Virus record (IMG/VR): IMGVR_UViG_2687453284_000002
Span: 1,700-65,699 of that record
Source: a virus
Taxonomy: Duplodnaviria; Caudoviricetes
DNA: 64,000 bases
Strand: one strand, 5' to 3'
This document shows, piece by piece, positions 25,994 to 34,937 of this stretch. Numbering within the stretch: the first letter of the stretch is position 1; every line of letters begins with the position of its first letter. Under the pieces are notes generated by a model that saw only the letters and a program-made list of their open reading frames with translations, ran no database searches and was not told the DNA's origin. A program made the position numbers and the translations under genes.

Positions 25994-26875
25994 ATGCAAT
26001 ACAACCGCTTGACCGACAACGATCGCCGCTTCGGCCCCTTTGACCTTGGCCAGCGCCACACGGACTGGCGCCCGATCAGCCTGGTCTTGCAGTCGGGGAG
26101 CGGGGAGCACCTGGGCTGCGCTCTCATTGCGCGTGCCTTTGGCTGGACGCTTCGCCTTCGCCTGCCGCAGATCATCAAGCCGTTCGAGATTCGGCACAAG
26201 GCCGAGACGTGGGACGCGGCCACCATCGAGCGGATGGGTCGTGACTGGTGGGCCGAGGTGTTCCCGTGCGAATACGGCTTCAGCGTCGACGATGGCTTCC
26301 TGCAGGTGTACCTCGGTCCGCAGACGCACGACAGCCTCACGACCAAGAGCTGGTGCAAGCACCTGCCCTGGACGCAATGGCGCTTCATCCGGTTCAGCCT
26401 CTTCGGACTGGACGGCGAGCATCTGCGTACGTGGCTCGAGCCCAAGCGCCGCAAGCTCGATGGCAGCGGCTACGACCGATTCACCCAGCAGCGCGAGTTC
26501 GAAAAGACGATGCCCAAGGCGGTGTTCGAGATCGAGGACTACGACGGCAAGCGCATCCAGGCCACCACGCACATCGAGGAGAGCGAATGGCGATTCGGCG
26601 AAGGCTGGTTCAAGTGGCTGTCGCTGTTCTGCCGCCCGAAAGTCCGCCGCTCGCTGTCCATCGACTTCGACAGCGAGGTCGGCCCGGAGAAGGGCTCGTG
26701 GAAGGGCGGACTGATGGGCACCGGCATCGACATGCTGCCCGGCGAGCTGCACGAGGAAGCCTTCCGCCGCTACTGCGAGGACGAGCTCAACAGCAAGTAT
26801 CGGAAGTACCGCATCACTTTCGTTCGACGCGTGGATGCGTCAGCGCCAAACGAAGGGGGAAAGGTAAATGGCTGA
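25994..26875 (+). CDS. Hypothetical phage protein
   Basis: 293 aa, Trp-rich; strong GC3 codon bias. Confidence 0.8.
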   Translation: MQYNRLTDNDRRFGPFDLGQRHTDWRPISLVLQSGSGEHLGCALIARAFGWTLRLRLPQIIKPFEIRHKAETWDAATIERMGRDWWAEVFPCEYGFSVDDGFLQVYLGPQTHDSLTTKSWCKHLPWTQWRFIRFSLFGLDGEHLRTWLEPKRRKLDGSGYDRFTQQREFEKTMPKAVFEIEDYDGKRIQATTHIEESEWRFGEGWFKWLSLFCRPKVRRSLSIDFDSEVGPEKGSWKGGLMGTGIDMLPGELHEEAFRRYCEDELNSKYRKYRITFVRRVDASAPNEGGKVNG

Positions 26876-28049
26876 GAACTCAACCATCGAATGGACCGAT
26901 CACACGTTCAATCCATTTATCGGGTGCACGAAGGTCGGTCCCGGCTGCGACAATTGCTACGCAGAGCACCTGATGGACAAGCGAATGCATAAGGTCGTCT
27001 GGGGCCCGCACGGCGAGCGCGTCCGCACCAGCGCTGCCAACTGGCGCAAGCCGTTGGCTTGGAATGCCCGGCACGAATCCTTCTTCGCGGAGCATGGTCG
27101 CCGGCAGCGCGTCTTCTGCGCCTCGCTGGCTGACGTGTTTGACAACGCCGTCAGCGTCCAATGGCGCTATGACTTGCTGCGCTTGATTATGGACACGCCC
27201 AATCTAGACTGGCTTCTGCTGACGAAGCGGATCGGCAATGCAGAGCCAATGCTCGAACAGTCCATGCGCGCGCTCACGCACGGGCGCGAAGGATGGCGCG
27301 ATAACTACCTGCCCAACGTCTGGCTGGGCGCCACCATCGTCAACCAGGCCGAGGCTGACCGCGACATCCCGAAGCTAGTGGAGATCCCGGCGCGCGTGCG
27401 CTTCCTCTCCATGGAGCCGCTGCTTGGTCCCGTCGATATTGCGAAATGGCTAGAGCCTTGGACGTGCTCGGACTGCGCGTACCACGGCAGCGAGAACGAT
27501 AGCGGCGCCTGTATGTGCGCCGATTGCGGCATCGAGGCGCAGTACGACGAGTCGATCGGTAGTGCCCGGTGCGCGCAGTGCAGCAAGGACGATGGTACAT
27601 CCGACGATGTTGGCGACACCTGCCCTAAGTGCGCAAGCGTCAGAGGATGGGGTCGCGACTACGGCTTCAAGTTTGACAGCGAGAAAAAGCTATTGGACTG
27701 GATCATCGTGGGTGGGGAAAGTGGCCTCGGAGCGCGGCCGATGCATCCCGACTGGGCCCGGAGCCTGCGCGACCAGTGCGCAGCGGCCGGCGTGCCGCTC
27801 CTGTTTAAGCAGTGGGGTGAGTATCTGCCGTGGACGCATTTCAATGTTGCCAAGATCGATGACCCGCCCGAGCAAACGCGATTCGGCACCATGGAGTGGC
27901 AAGACGACCATTGGGAGCACGTCGGCTATCCGACCTGGGCGGATTCCGCGGACGGCGTGATCGACGACTTGCAGTGCATGGGGCGCGTCGGCAAGAAGGC
28001 CGCCGGCCGCCTGCTGGACGGCGTGCAGCACGATGGATTCCCGGTATGA
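26868..28049 (+). CDS. Gp37Gp68 (DUF5131) family protein with Zn-ribbon insertion
   Basis: IEWTDHTFNP..GCTKVGPGCDNCYA, VFCASLADVF, LLLTKR, RFLSMEPLLG, WIIVGGESG, FKQWG. Confidence 0.92.
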   Translation: MAENSTIEWTDHTFNPFIGCTKVGPGCDNCYAEHLMDKRMHKVVWGPHGERVRTSAANWRKPLAWNARHESFFAEHGRRQRVFCASLADVFDNAVSVQWRYDLLRLIMDTPNLDWLLLTKRIGNAEPMLEQSMRALTHGREGWRDNYLPNVWLGATIVNQAEADRDIPKLVEIPARVRFLSMEPLLGPVDIAKWLEPWTCSDCAYHGSENDSGACMCADCGIEAQYDESIGSARCAQCSKDDGTSDDVGDTCPKCASVRGWGRDYGFKFDSEKKLLDWIIVGGESGLGARPMHPDWARSLRDQCAAAGVPLLFKQWGEYLPWTHFNVAKIDDPPEQTRFGTMEWQDDHWEHVGYPTWADSADGVIDDLQCMGRVGKKAAGRLLDGVQHDGFPV

Positions 28050-28378
28050 GCGCCGCCGGATCGAAGCACCTGAAGCGGCTGACGCCCATGGTGCCGGGCG
28101 AAATGCAACCGGTGTTGTGGCCTGACGGCAAGGTCCGGGAAGGGTTCTATAGCGGCGAGGCGACTCACGGCCGTGGCTTTCCGCAGTGGGCGCTGCAGCT
28201 ATTCGGCGGCAATAAGGCGCATTGGTTTCTGGAGATGAATAGTACGCCAGACAAGCGTTCGCTTTGCGGGCGCGTGTGGTCGTCTCCGGCCCAGCTTCAC
28301 CTGCCGGGCAACTACCCGCGCTGCAAGGCCTGTGAGAAGGCGCGGGAGGCGCAGCAGCGCGCGGGGGTGATGCCATGA
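28046..28378 (+). CDS. Hypothetical protein
   Basis: ATGA coupling on both sides; H...C...CKAC. Confidence 0.65.
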   Translation: MSAAGSKHLKRLTPMVPGEMQPVLWPDGKVREGFYSGEATHGRGFPQWALQLFGGNKAHWFLEMNSTPDKRSLCGRVWSSPAQLHLPGNYPRCKACEKAREAQQRAGVMP

Positions 28379-29229
28379 AGTGGACGCATGACGCTCTGCA
28401 GGAGGATCTGGCCCAGTACCTGCGCGAGAAGACCCAGCGCATGGTCTGGACCAACATGCAGCTGGGGCCTGTTGGCTCCCCGCGGCCCGATGCCTACAGT
28501 CTGGCCTTCAGCTTCAGCCGATTCACGCCGCTGGCCTACGAGGTCAAGATCTCCACATCGGACTTCCGCCGCGACGTGACGGCGGGAAAGTGGCAGAGCT
28601 ACCTTCGCTACGCCTCGGCTGTCACCTTCGCAGTGCCGACCGGTCTGATCGGCAAGGATGACATTCCCAGCGGGTGCGGGCTGATGGTCCGCAACGACAC
28701 CGGATGGCGCACCGTAAAGGCGCCGACACTACGCGCCGTCGATAACCTGCCGCTGGACGCGTGGCTGAAGCTGCTGATGGACGGCGTGAGCCGGCTGGTG
28801 GAGCTGAGCCTGCCGACGCGCCGCGACGAGTACCGCCTGATTGCCGAACTCGAAGTGCGGCTCGGAAAAGAGGTCTCCGAGCTGTTGCATGACCGTCGGT
28901 CCGCCCGGTACCGCTATGAGCAGGCCACAGCGGCACTGGAAGAGGGCGCCAAGGCCGCCGACACCAAGTACCGCGAGTTGATGGAGCGGGCCCGGAAGGA
29001 CGCCGACCGCGACGCTGCAACCATCGATTCGGCCAGACGCGAGCTTGCCGAGGCGTTGGGACTGGAGCCGGACGCCCGGACTTTCGAGATCGCCGGTGCC
29101 GCGCGCTCGGCTGCGCTTCGCCTGGAACAGGACGCAGAGGTCCAGCGCCTGCGGCGGCTGCTGAAGCAGGTGAGCCAGTCGCTGGACGAAGTCGACAAGC
29201 CACTGCCGGCTATCGCGAGGGCTGCGTGA
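28375..29229 (+). CDS. MmcB-like PD-(D/E)xK nuclease with coiled coil
   Basis: RPDAY...AYEVKIS.SDFRRD...KWQSY. Confidence 0.75.
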   Translation: MKWTHDALQEDLAQYLREKTQRMVWTNMQLGPVGSPRPDAYSLAFSFSRFTPLAYEVKISTSDFRRDVTAGKWQSYLRYASAVTFAVPTGLIGKDDIPSGCGLMVRNDTGWRTVKAPTLRAVDNLPLDAWLKLLMDGVSRLVELSLPTRRDEYRLIAELEVRLGKEVSELLHDRRSARYRYEQATAALEEGAKAADTKYRELMERARKDADRDAATIDSARRELAEALGLEPDARTFEIAGAARSAALRLEQDAEVQRLRRLLKQVSQSLDEVDKPLPAIARAA

Positions 29230-29648
29230 GCAACGTCATCCAGATCGAAGAAATGCGGCTGACCCAGCGCAGCCGCTCCTATGTGGGGCGGAGCGGCGAA
29301 TGTCAGCACATGAACCTCACAATGGACGAGGACGGCGACATCGTGAAGTGCGATGACTGCGGCATTCAGGTGTCCGCCTTCTGGGCGCTGAAGCTGTTGT
29401 CGGAGAACTACGGGCGCGCCATGGCGAAGCTGCAGAGTCGAGAGCGCCGGCAGGCAGACGTGGAGGGCAAGACCATCCATCTCCGAGCCGCCCAGGAAGT
29501 CGAGCGAGCATGGCGCAGCCGCACCATGGTGCCGACCTGCCCGCACTGCGGCGAGGGCATCGCGCCGACGGACGGATTCGGGAGGTCAGCGGTCAACAAG
29601 CAGATTGACGAGCGTCGCCGTCAGCAGCGCCGGGAGGGCGAATCTTGA
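29226..29648 (+). CDS. Zn-binding hypothetical protein
   Basis: CQH...CDDC...CPHC. Confidence 0.75.
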   Translation: MSNVIQIEEMRLTQRSRSYVGRSGECQHMNLTMDEDGDIVKCDDCGIQVSAFWALKLLSENYGRAMAKLQSRERRQADVEGKTIHLRAAQEVERAWRSRTMVPTCPHCGEGIAPTDGFGRSAVNKQIDERRRQQRREGES

Positions 29649-29857
29649 CCCTTCCAAGCTGGAAATTCCGTGACCCCGCCGAGGTCTACGAACGGACTGA
29701 GTCGATGGGGTGCAAGGGCTGCGTTCATGTCGACATGGTTTTTGGCAAGAGCATTTGCAAGAAGGGGAAATACTATGGCAGACGGTGCAAACACTATGCC
29801 GAAGAGACTGTCGGAAACCAATGTGGGGGACGTGTTCGGGCGTCTGACGGTTCTTGA
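29645..29857 (+). CDS. Small Cys-rich protein
   Basis: RDPAEVYE...CKGC.H...C..G..YG.RC; its 3' end is overlapped by the HNH gene. Confidence 0.6.
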   Translation: MTLPSWKFRDPAEVYERTESMGCKGCVHVDMVFGKSICKKGKYYGRRCKHYAEETVGNQCGGRVRASDGS

Positions 29858-30443
29858 CCTTAACGTGGAGCGGGACTCGCAGGGGCGCCGCAGGTTCTTA
29901 TGTAACTGCGCCTGCGGCTTTAGAGGTCAGTTTGACGCGTACAACGTGCGCTCTGGCATGACCAAGTCATGTGGTTGCTTGCGCGACGAACTGAGCAAGG
30001 TTCGGCGAAACCGTGTTCGACACGGGATGCACCTCACGCGGGTTTATCGGATTTGGGGCGGCATGAAGAGTCGATGTCAGAACGCGAACCATCATGCCTA
30101 TGCAGACTATGGCGGTCGCGGAATCAAGGTCTGTGAGCGGTGGATGGTGTTTGAGAGTTTCCTGGCAGACATGGGCGAACCGCCGCCAAAACGAACGATT
30201 GAGCGCATTGATAACAATGGCAACTACGAGCCCGGGAATTGTCGATGGGCGACTGTCGCGGAACAGAACAAGAACAGAAGGGACACATCCCGCGTGGTTC
30301 TCGCTGGGATGCTTCGGCCGCTTTGGGATGTGGCCGTTGAATGCGGACACTCCGTCGGGCTACTCAAGAGCAGACTCAAGCGCGGGTGGTCAATCGAAAA
30401 GGCGGTGCGGACCCCGAAATTGCAGAAATGGGAAAGGGCGTGA
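29796..30443 (+). CDS. HNH homing-endonuclease-like protein
   Basis: FGRLTV, CNCACG, TKSCGC, YRIW.GMK.RC, YGGRGIKVCERW, TIERIDNNGNYEPGNCRWAT. Confidence 0.9.
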   Translation: MPKRLSETNVGDVFGRLTVLDLNVERDSQGRRRFLCNCACGFRGQFDAYNVRSGMTKSCGCLRDELSKVRRNRVRHGMHLTRVYRIWGGMKSRCQNANHHAYADYGGRGIKVCERWMVFESFLADMGEPPPKRTIERIDNNGNYEPGNCRWATVAEQNKNRRDTSRVVLAGMLRPLWDVAVECGHSVGLLKSRLKRGWSIEKAVRTPKLQKWERA

Positions 30444-30520
30444 CCAGAAGCTGCTGCCGGGCGGCAAGCGAAGGAATCACGGCAAGCGTTGCCAAAGCTA
30501 CAACAACGGGGAAAAAGCCA

Positions 30521-30916
30521 ATGAAGGTATCTGAACTGCAGGAAGGCTTGCTTGACTACTGGGTGGCCAAGGCACTCGGCGATCGAGAGATCAGCATGCG
30601 GGATGGTAAATGCGAGTCGAGGTTCCACCCCGATTTTGATTTCCACTTGTTCTCGCCCACCGTTGCCTGGCATGAGGCCGGCCCGATCATCCAGGCTAAC
30701 AACATCCAAATCGGTCCGCCGACCGGGGCTGTGCATCGTTACGGTGGACCGAATGCAGGTTGGGGGCCTTCTGGATTCTGGTCTGCCTGCACCTGGCACG
30801 CTGGAGTCGACGGCAAGCGAGCGTTCGGGCACGACAAAGACAGCCCGCTTGTGGCAGCAATGCGCTGCTACGTGATGCTGAAGTTCGGCCGCGAAGTACC
30901 GGAGGTGACCCAATGA
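30521..30916 (+). CDS. NinX/DUF2591 family protein
   Basis: MKVSEL...LDYWVAKA, FSP...W..AGPII, PLVAAMRCYV..KFG. Confidence 0.85.
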   Translation: MKVSELQEGLLDYWVAKALGDREISMRDGKCESRFHPDFDFHLFSPTVAWHEAGPIIQANNIQIGPPTGAVHRYGGPNAGWGPSGFWSACTWHAGVDGKRAFGHDKDSPLVAAMRCYVMLKFGREVPEVTQ

Positions 30917-31527
30917 CTCAGGCGATTTTCAGGAACACCGCGCAGGCGCTGCACGTGTCGTATTTGGTGCTCAGCATGCCGCCGCGGCAAGGGGCACCGT
31001 TCCGCAACATGCTGGTTCGCATGCTGGAGGATCTGGATGACCTGACCCACCAGCAGCAGGTGTGGCTGGATCAGCTGCGCGGCACTGCCGGTAGCGGCAC
31101 CGTCAACTTCGGCGGCCTGTCCCCGGACGAGATCCGGGCCCAGTGCAGCATGATCACGGCGGCGGTGCGCGACCGGCTGCCGGAGCCCGAACGCAATGTC
31201 ATTTGGGCGCGCTATGCCTACCAGGCCGAGCGAGCTTCCGGTGTACGTGGCTTGGCCGGCTACTACCAGAGCTTGATTGGCGTGGGCAACGACATGGCCA
31301 TGTTGGCGCTGGTCTGGCGCCGGTACGCCGGGAAGGAGAGGGCAGATCAGGATTTCTCGTTCCGGCAGATCGCGGCCGAGTGCGGCGGGAGCAAGAGCAC
31401 CTACGAGCGGGCGAACAAGGTGCTGACCGCCCATCTGCGCGCTCTGGAGGAGCGGGCCGACGAGACGCTGACCGCCAATTTCCGTGCCCACGGCGTGATC
31501 GAGGACGAATCCTTACAAGCAGCTTGA
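30913..31527 (+). CDS. Q-like late antiterminator/regulator
   Basis: Last gene of the nin region; C-terminal HTH SFRQIAAECGGSKST; followed by a promoter and terminator. Confidence 0.7.
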   Translation: MTQAIFRNTAQALHVSYLVLSMPPRQGAPFRNMLVRMLEDLDDLTHQQQVWLDQLRGTAGSGTVNFGGLSPDEIRAQCSMITAAVRDRLPEPERNVIWARYAYQAERASGVRGLAGYYQSLIGVGNDMAMLALVWRRYAGKERADQDFSFRQIAAECGGSKSTYERANKVLTAHLRALEERADETLTANFRAHGVIEDESLQAA

Positions 31528-31552
31528 GTTTCTGGGACAGTTGGCATAGTAT
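31524..31552 (+). promoter_or_regulatory. Late promoter (PR'-like)
   Basis: TTGAGT-17-TAGTAT. Confidence 0.65.
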
Positions 31553-31579
31553 TTGCCCAGACTCGCAGCAGTTGTCCCC

Positions 31580-31604
31580 GAAGCCCGCCTAGTGCGGGCT
31601 TTTT
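31580..31604 (+). terminator. tR'-like terminator
   Basis: AAGCCCGC-ctagt-GCGGGCTTTTT. Confidence 0.85.
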
Positions 31605-31767
31605 GCGTTTTGGAGCTGCCAGCGGGGCGAAAGACGCGGCGCCGCGGTGGGTGCGCTAACACCCAACCGCGGCCCGCACCAGCAGCGTAAACCTGCAAGT
31701 TTGGCCAGGGCCGCGCCACCTGTCGACAGGCGAGGGCATCCTAGCACAGCGCAGGAATCTAACCCCC

Positions 31768-31998
31768 ATGCAGGAGATCCGTTGCGGTAACTGCCACCGC
31801 AAATTGGCGATGGGCGCGTACACGCACCTGTCCATCAAGTGTCCGCGCTGTCGGACGATGAACGACCTGAGGGCCGCGAGCTCCGCACCAGAGAGCCAGC
31901 GAGCTCCGCTAGACGGAGATCGCGGCCATGACGGCACCGAGCACGCTGAACACCCTTCATCGCGAGAACGCTGTGGAGATCCTTCGGACGCTACCTGA
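31768..31998 (+). CDS. Mu Com-like zinc-finger regulator
   Basis: MQEIRCGNCHRKLA......IKCPRC.T.N. Confidence 0.88.
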   Translation: MQEIRCGNCHRKLAMGAYTHLSIKCPRCRTMNDLRAASSAPESQRAPLDGDRGHDGTEHAEHPSSRERCGDPSDAT

Positions 31999-32653
31999 GC
32001 TGTCGGTGGATCTGTTCTTTACCGATCCGCCATATTCGTCGGGTGGCCTACATTCCGGTGCCCGGGCGCAGGCCCCTGGCCAGAAGTATGTCGGCGGCGA
32101 CGTCAAGACGAAGTACGTCGAGTTCGGCCATGACAACAAGGACCAACGGTCCTGGACCTTCTGGTGCATGACCTGGTTGTCGGAAGCATTCCGCGTGGCT
32201 AAGGACGGCGGCAACCTGGTCTGCTTTTCGGACTGGCGCCAGCTTCCGAGTTTGACGGATGCGGTCCAGGGCGCGGGATTCATCTGGCGCGGCGTGGCGG
32301 TTTGGGATAAGACCCCGGGCCGTGCGCGGCCACGTATGGGTGGCTTCTCCCAGCAAGCCGAGTTCATGGTGTGGGCAACGAAGGGCGCCGTGAAGACCGA
32401 TATCGGAGTTTGCTTGCCCGGGGTGTTCTCGGAGCGGCTGCCGCACCCCAAGCGGCACATGACCGAGAAACCTTCCGGTTTGGCGCGCGACATCGTCCGC
32501 CTGACGCCAGCCGGTGGCGTGGTGTGCGACCCCTTCGCAGGGTCCGGCACGTTCTTACTTGCGGCGCAGGAGGCTGGACTTCACTGGATCGGCTGCGAGA
32601 TCGAGCCGGCATACCACGAACTGGCGAGTCAGCGCCTTGGCGGCGCGACGTAG
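31928..32653 (+). CDS. Site-specific DNA methyltransferase (N6A/N4C, beta class)
   Basis: TDPPY, H.TEKP, DPFAGSGT, GCE. Confidence 0.93.
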   Translation: MTAPSTLNTLHRENAVEILRTLPELSVDLFFTDPPYSSGGLHSGARAQAPGQKYVGGDVKTKYVEFGHDNKDQRSWTFWCMTWLSEAFRVAKDGGNLVCFSDWRQLPSLTDAVQGAGFIWRGVAVWDKTPGRARPRMGGFSQQAEFMVWATKGAVKTDIGVCLPGVFSERLPHPKRHMTEKPSGLARDIVRLTPAGGVVCDPFAGSGTFLLAAQEAGLHWIGCEIEPAYHELASQRLGGAT

Positions 32654-33013
32654 CCAGATGACCTACGCGCAATCCCTCTTTGCGGACCGCCGAATCATCC
32701 CGGATCCTCACTGGGGCGCCCAGGCGGAAATATGGGCGCGCACTTCTTCCGTGGCGCAGTCCCGCGATGAGGTAGGCAGCGAACCGTGGCGCGCAGCGCT
32801 GGCCGTTTGGCCGGCGTAAAAGGATGCGCGACGAGCGCCGGAGCGGTTGGCCGGTGCGGTGCCGGTGGAAGCCCGGCTCCCTCACGCATGGCGGCCGGTG
32901 GGGTAAATCCCGCGCTCCGGAGTATCGCGGACGGAGGCAGGTTCCAGGCGCAGCCGGTCGTCATCCCCGAGGGAAGACTCGGTCCCGCCCGGCGGGAATC
33001 CCGATGCGAGGCC

Positions 33014-33343
33014 TCAGACGTCGAGCTGCGCCACGCTGATCCCCAGTGCGGCTGCTATCTTCTCCAGCGAGGACTTGCGCAGCTTCGTGCTGCTCTCTTG
33101 CTGGGCATAGGCGGATTGGCTGATACCTAGTCTCTCTGCCACTTCCGTCTGCGTGAGACGGAGGTGTTCTCGCCATGCTCGAGCCGGCGTGTAGTCGTGA
33201 TCGATCATCAGGCCCACGACCTCATTAGGGATGGTCGGCTCCGCCTTCTTTTCCATGGCCAAGTAATCGGCGTAGGGAATGACCACAAAGGCCGGCTTCC
33301 CATCCGGCCCGTTGATCAGTTGAATGTCAGTACGTGCGTTCAT
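33014..33343 (-). CDS. HigA-like XRE antitoxin
   Basis: GKPAFVVIPY..Y, RAWREH..LTQ.EVA.RLGISQSAYAQQE. Confidence 0.88.
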   Translation of the reverse strand: MNARTDIQLINGPDGKPAFVVIPYADYLAMEKKAEPTIPNEVVGLMIDHDYTPARAWREHLRLTQTEVAERLGISQSAYAQQESSTKLRKSSLEKIAAALGISVAQLDV

Positions 33344-33590
33344 TGCGCTTCTCCACTTGCGTGATGGTCACGATCAGCGGGTTTCCAGTCTGGTCGATCT
33401 CGAAGATCACCCGGTAGTCGCCAACGCGGAGCCTGTAGTCGTCGCGGCTCTTCAGGCTTTTGATGTTGCCGGGGCAGTTCGGCCAGTGCGCCAGTTGCTG
33501 GGCTTCTGCATAGATCGCTTGGCGCTTAGCCTTATCAGCGATCTTTCGCAGTTGGCGGGTTGCTTTCATGGACCAGGTGATCGTGTTCAT
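33327..33590 (-). CDS. RelE/HigB-family toxin
   Basis: I.WS.KA.RQL.KI, IK.L....YRLRVGDYRVIF; toxin-first gene order. Confidence 0.92.
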   Translation of the reverse strand: MNTITWSMKATRQLRKIADKAKRQAIYAEAQQLAHWPNCPGNIKSLKSRDDYRLRVGDYRVIFEIDQTGNPLIVTITQVEKRNERTY

Positions 33591-33597
33591 GTGTTGA

Positions 33598-33640
33598 ATT
33601 ATAAGATAAGTATAAGTTTTGTCAACACAAATAAGTTATT
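33598..33640 (-). promoter_or_regulatory. Consensus sigma70 promoter of the TA operon, giving leaderless mRNA
   Basis: TTGACA-16-TATAAT ending 7 nt before the ATG; four ATAAG repeats. Confidence 0.8.
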
Positions 33641-33685
33641 GGAGGTTGGCCGATCCGGCTGTCTCCTCGGGCATCCCGCCCGATT

Positions 33686-33721
33686 CCGCCCCGCCCGGGT
33701 AGGCCGGCGCGGGGTTTTTTC
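33686..33721 (+). terminator. Intrinsic terminator
   Basis: CCCCGCCCGG...CCGGCGCGGGG followed by TTTTTT. Confidence 0.7.
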
Positions 33722-34028
33722 ATTCTGAGGTCAGACATGTTCCTGCCAGTGATTTGCTTCCTGTTGTGGGGCGTCTGGGTTCGAGCGTGCTGGCCGAAAA
33801 ACCACGGCTGATGCCATAGGAAACGCGGATGAAACGCCAGTACCAGGACCAGGTGAACGCGGACCAGATCACGACAGGCACGCTAGACGGCTTGCGTCTG
33901 ACGGCTGACGTCATTGCAGTCGGCACGCTTGGCGAGTTCCAGCTCAGTGTCGGCCGCTTGTCTGCTGCTGTGTCGCCTATGACCACCGTCGAAGAGTGGG
34001 CTGAGCTGACGCAAAGCCCGGGCATCTC

Positions 34029-34340
34029 TCACTGCTGACCGACCACGGCATCCCTCCCGGACAAGCCGGCCTTACTGCGGCGGATCACCTCGTAGACGGT
34101 CTGGCCGCGCTCGTTCTTGCCGACCCGGCGCCAGCTCGATTCGGGCGGCTGAACTCCGCGCTCGATCGCCTTGCGAAACTCGATGCCGATCTGCTGGCGC
34201 ACGGACAGGTCGATGGTTAGCCAAGTGTCTGGCCGAAGCTCCGAGAGGATCTGGGCGACCGTGCAGAGCGTGCCGTGTGGCATCCGGGTCGGCGTGCTGG
34301 CCAACTGGACAGCGGTGGTTTGGGGGTTGGGTGTGGACAT
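34029..34340 (-). CDS. DUF1413-like small nucleic-acid-binding protein
   Basis: CAGGAG SD; W.......RQQIG.EF...I......GKN..GQTVY pattern. Confidence 0.55.
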   Translation of the reverse strand: MSTPNPQTTAVQLASTPTRMPHGTLCTVAQILSELRPDTWLTIDLSVRQQIGIEFRKAIERGVQPPESSWRRVGKNERGQTVYEVIRRSKAGLSGRDAVVGQQ

Positions 34341-34481
34341 GACGGTCTCCTGTGTTTGGTGACTGGAAATACCGTGAATTCGCAGAATCAACCAAGAAAT
34401 TCGATGATTCTTTGTGCGGGACCGCACATTTCAATCCGCAGAGTCGATGCCTGAGGCGTCATTCCCTGAGGGACCGCGCCA

Positions 34482-34937
34482 ATGGCACGACCATCCAAGT
34501 ACCAGCCGGAGTTTGCCGAGCAGGTCCGAAAGCTCACCCTGTTGGGTGCCACAAACCAAGAGCTGGCCGATTTCTTTGGCGTCAGCACCGCCACTCTGCG
34601 CAAGTGGGGGGCGGACTTCCCGGAGTTTCTGCTCGCCCAAAAACAAGGCAAGCAGCTGGCGGATGCAAATGTTGCGGACCGGCTGTACCAGCGCGCCTGT
34701 GGCTTCGAGCACGACGACATCGATATCCGGGTGGTGGGCGGCAAGATCCGGAAGACCAAGATCCGGAAGTACTACCCGCCGGACACCGCGGCCGCGTTCA
34801 TCTGGCTGAAGAACCGCCAGCCCGCCAAGTGGCGTGACAAGACCGATCCGAAGGACGCGGATGACGTGCCGCCGCCGGTGATGGTCACGGTCACCGTGCA
34901 GGACGCCAGCCGGCCCGAGCCTGAGAGCGACGCCTGA
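34482..34937 (+). CDS. terS: Terminase small subunit
   Basis: MARPSKY.PE, LGAT..ELADFFGVS, YYPPDTAA.FIWLKNRQP..WRDK. Confidence 0.93.
   Translation: MARPSKYQPEFAEQVRKLTLLGATNQELADFFGVSTATLRKWGADFPEFLLAQKQGKQLADANVADRLYQRACGFEHDDIDIRVVGGKIRKTKIRKYYPPDTAAAFIWLKNRQPAKWRDKTDPKDADDVPPPVMVTVTVQDASRPEPESDA

Noticed and set aside
33829-34038. 69-aa ORF with fibre-like NADQITTGTLD motif
   Set aside because: Short, single weak motif and out of context; cannot distinguish a gene from a remnant or chance
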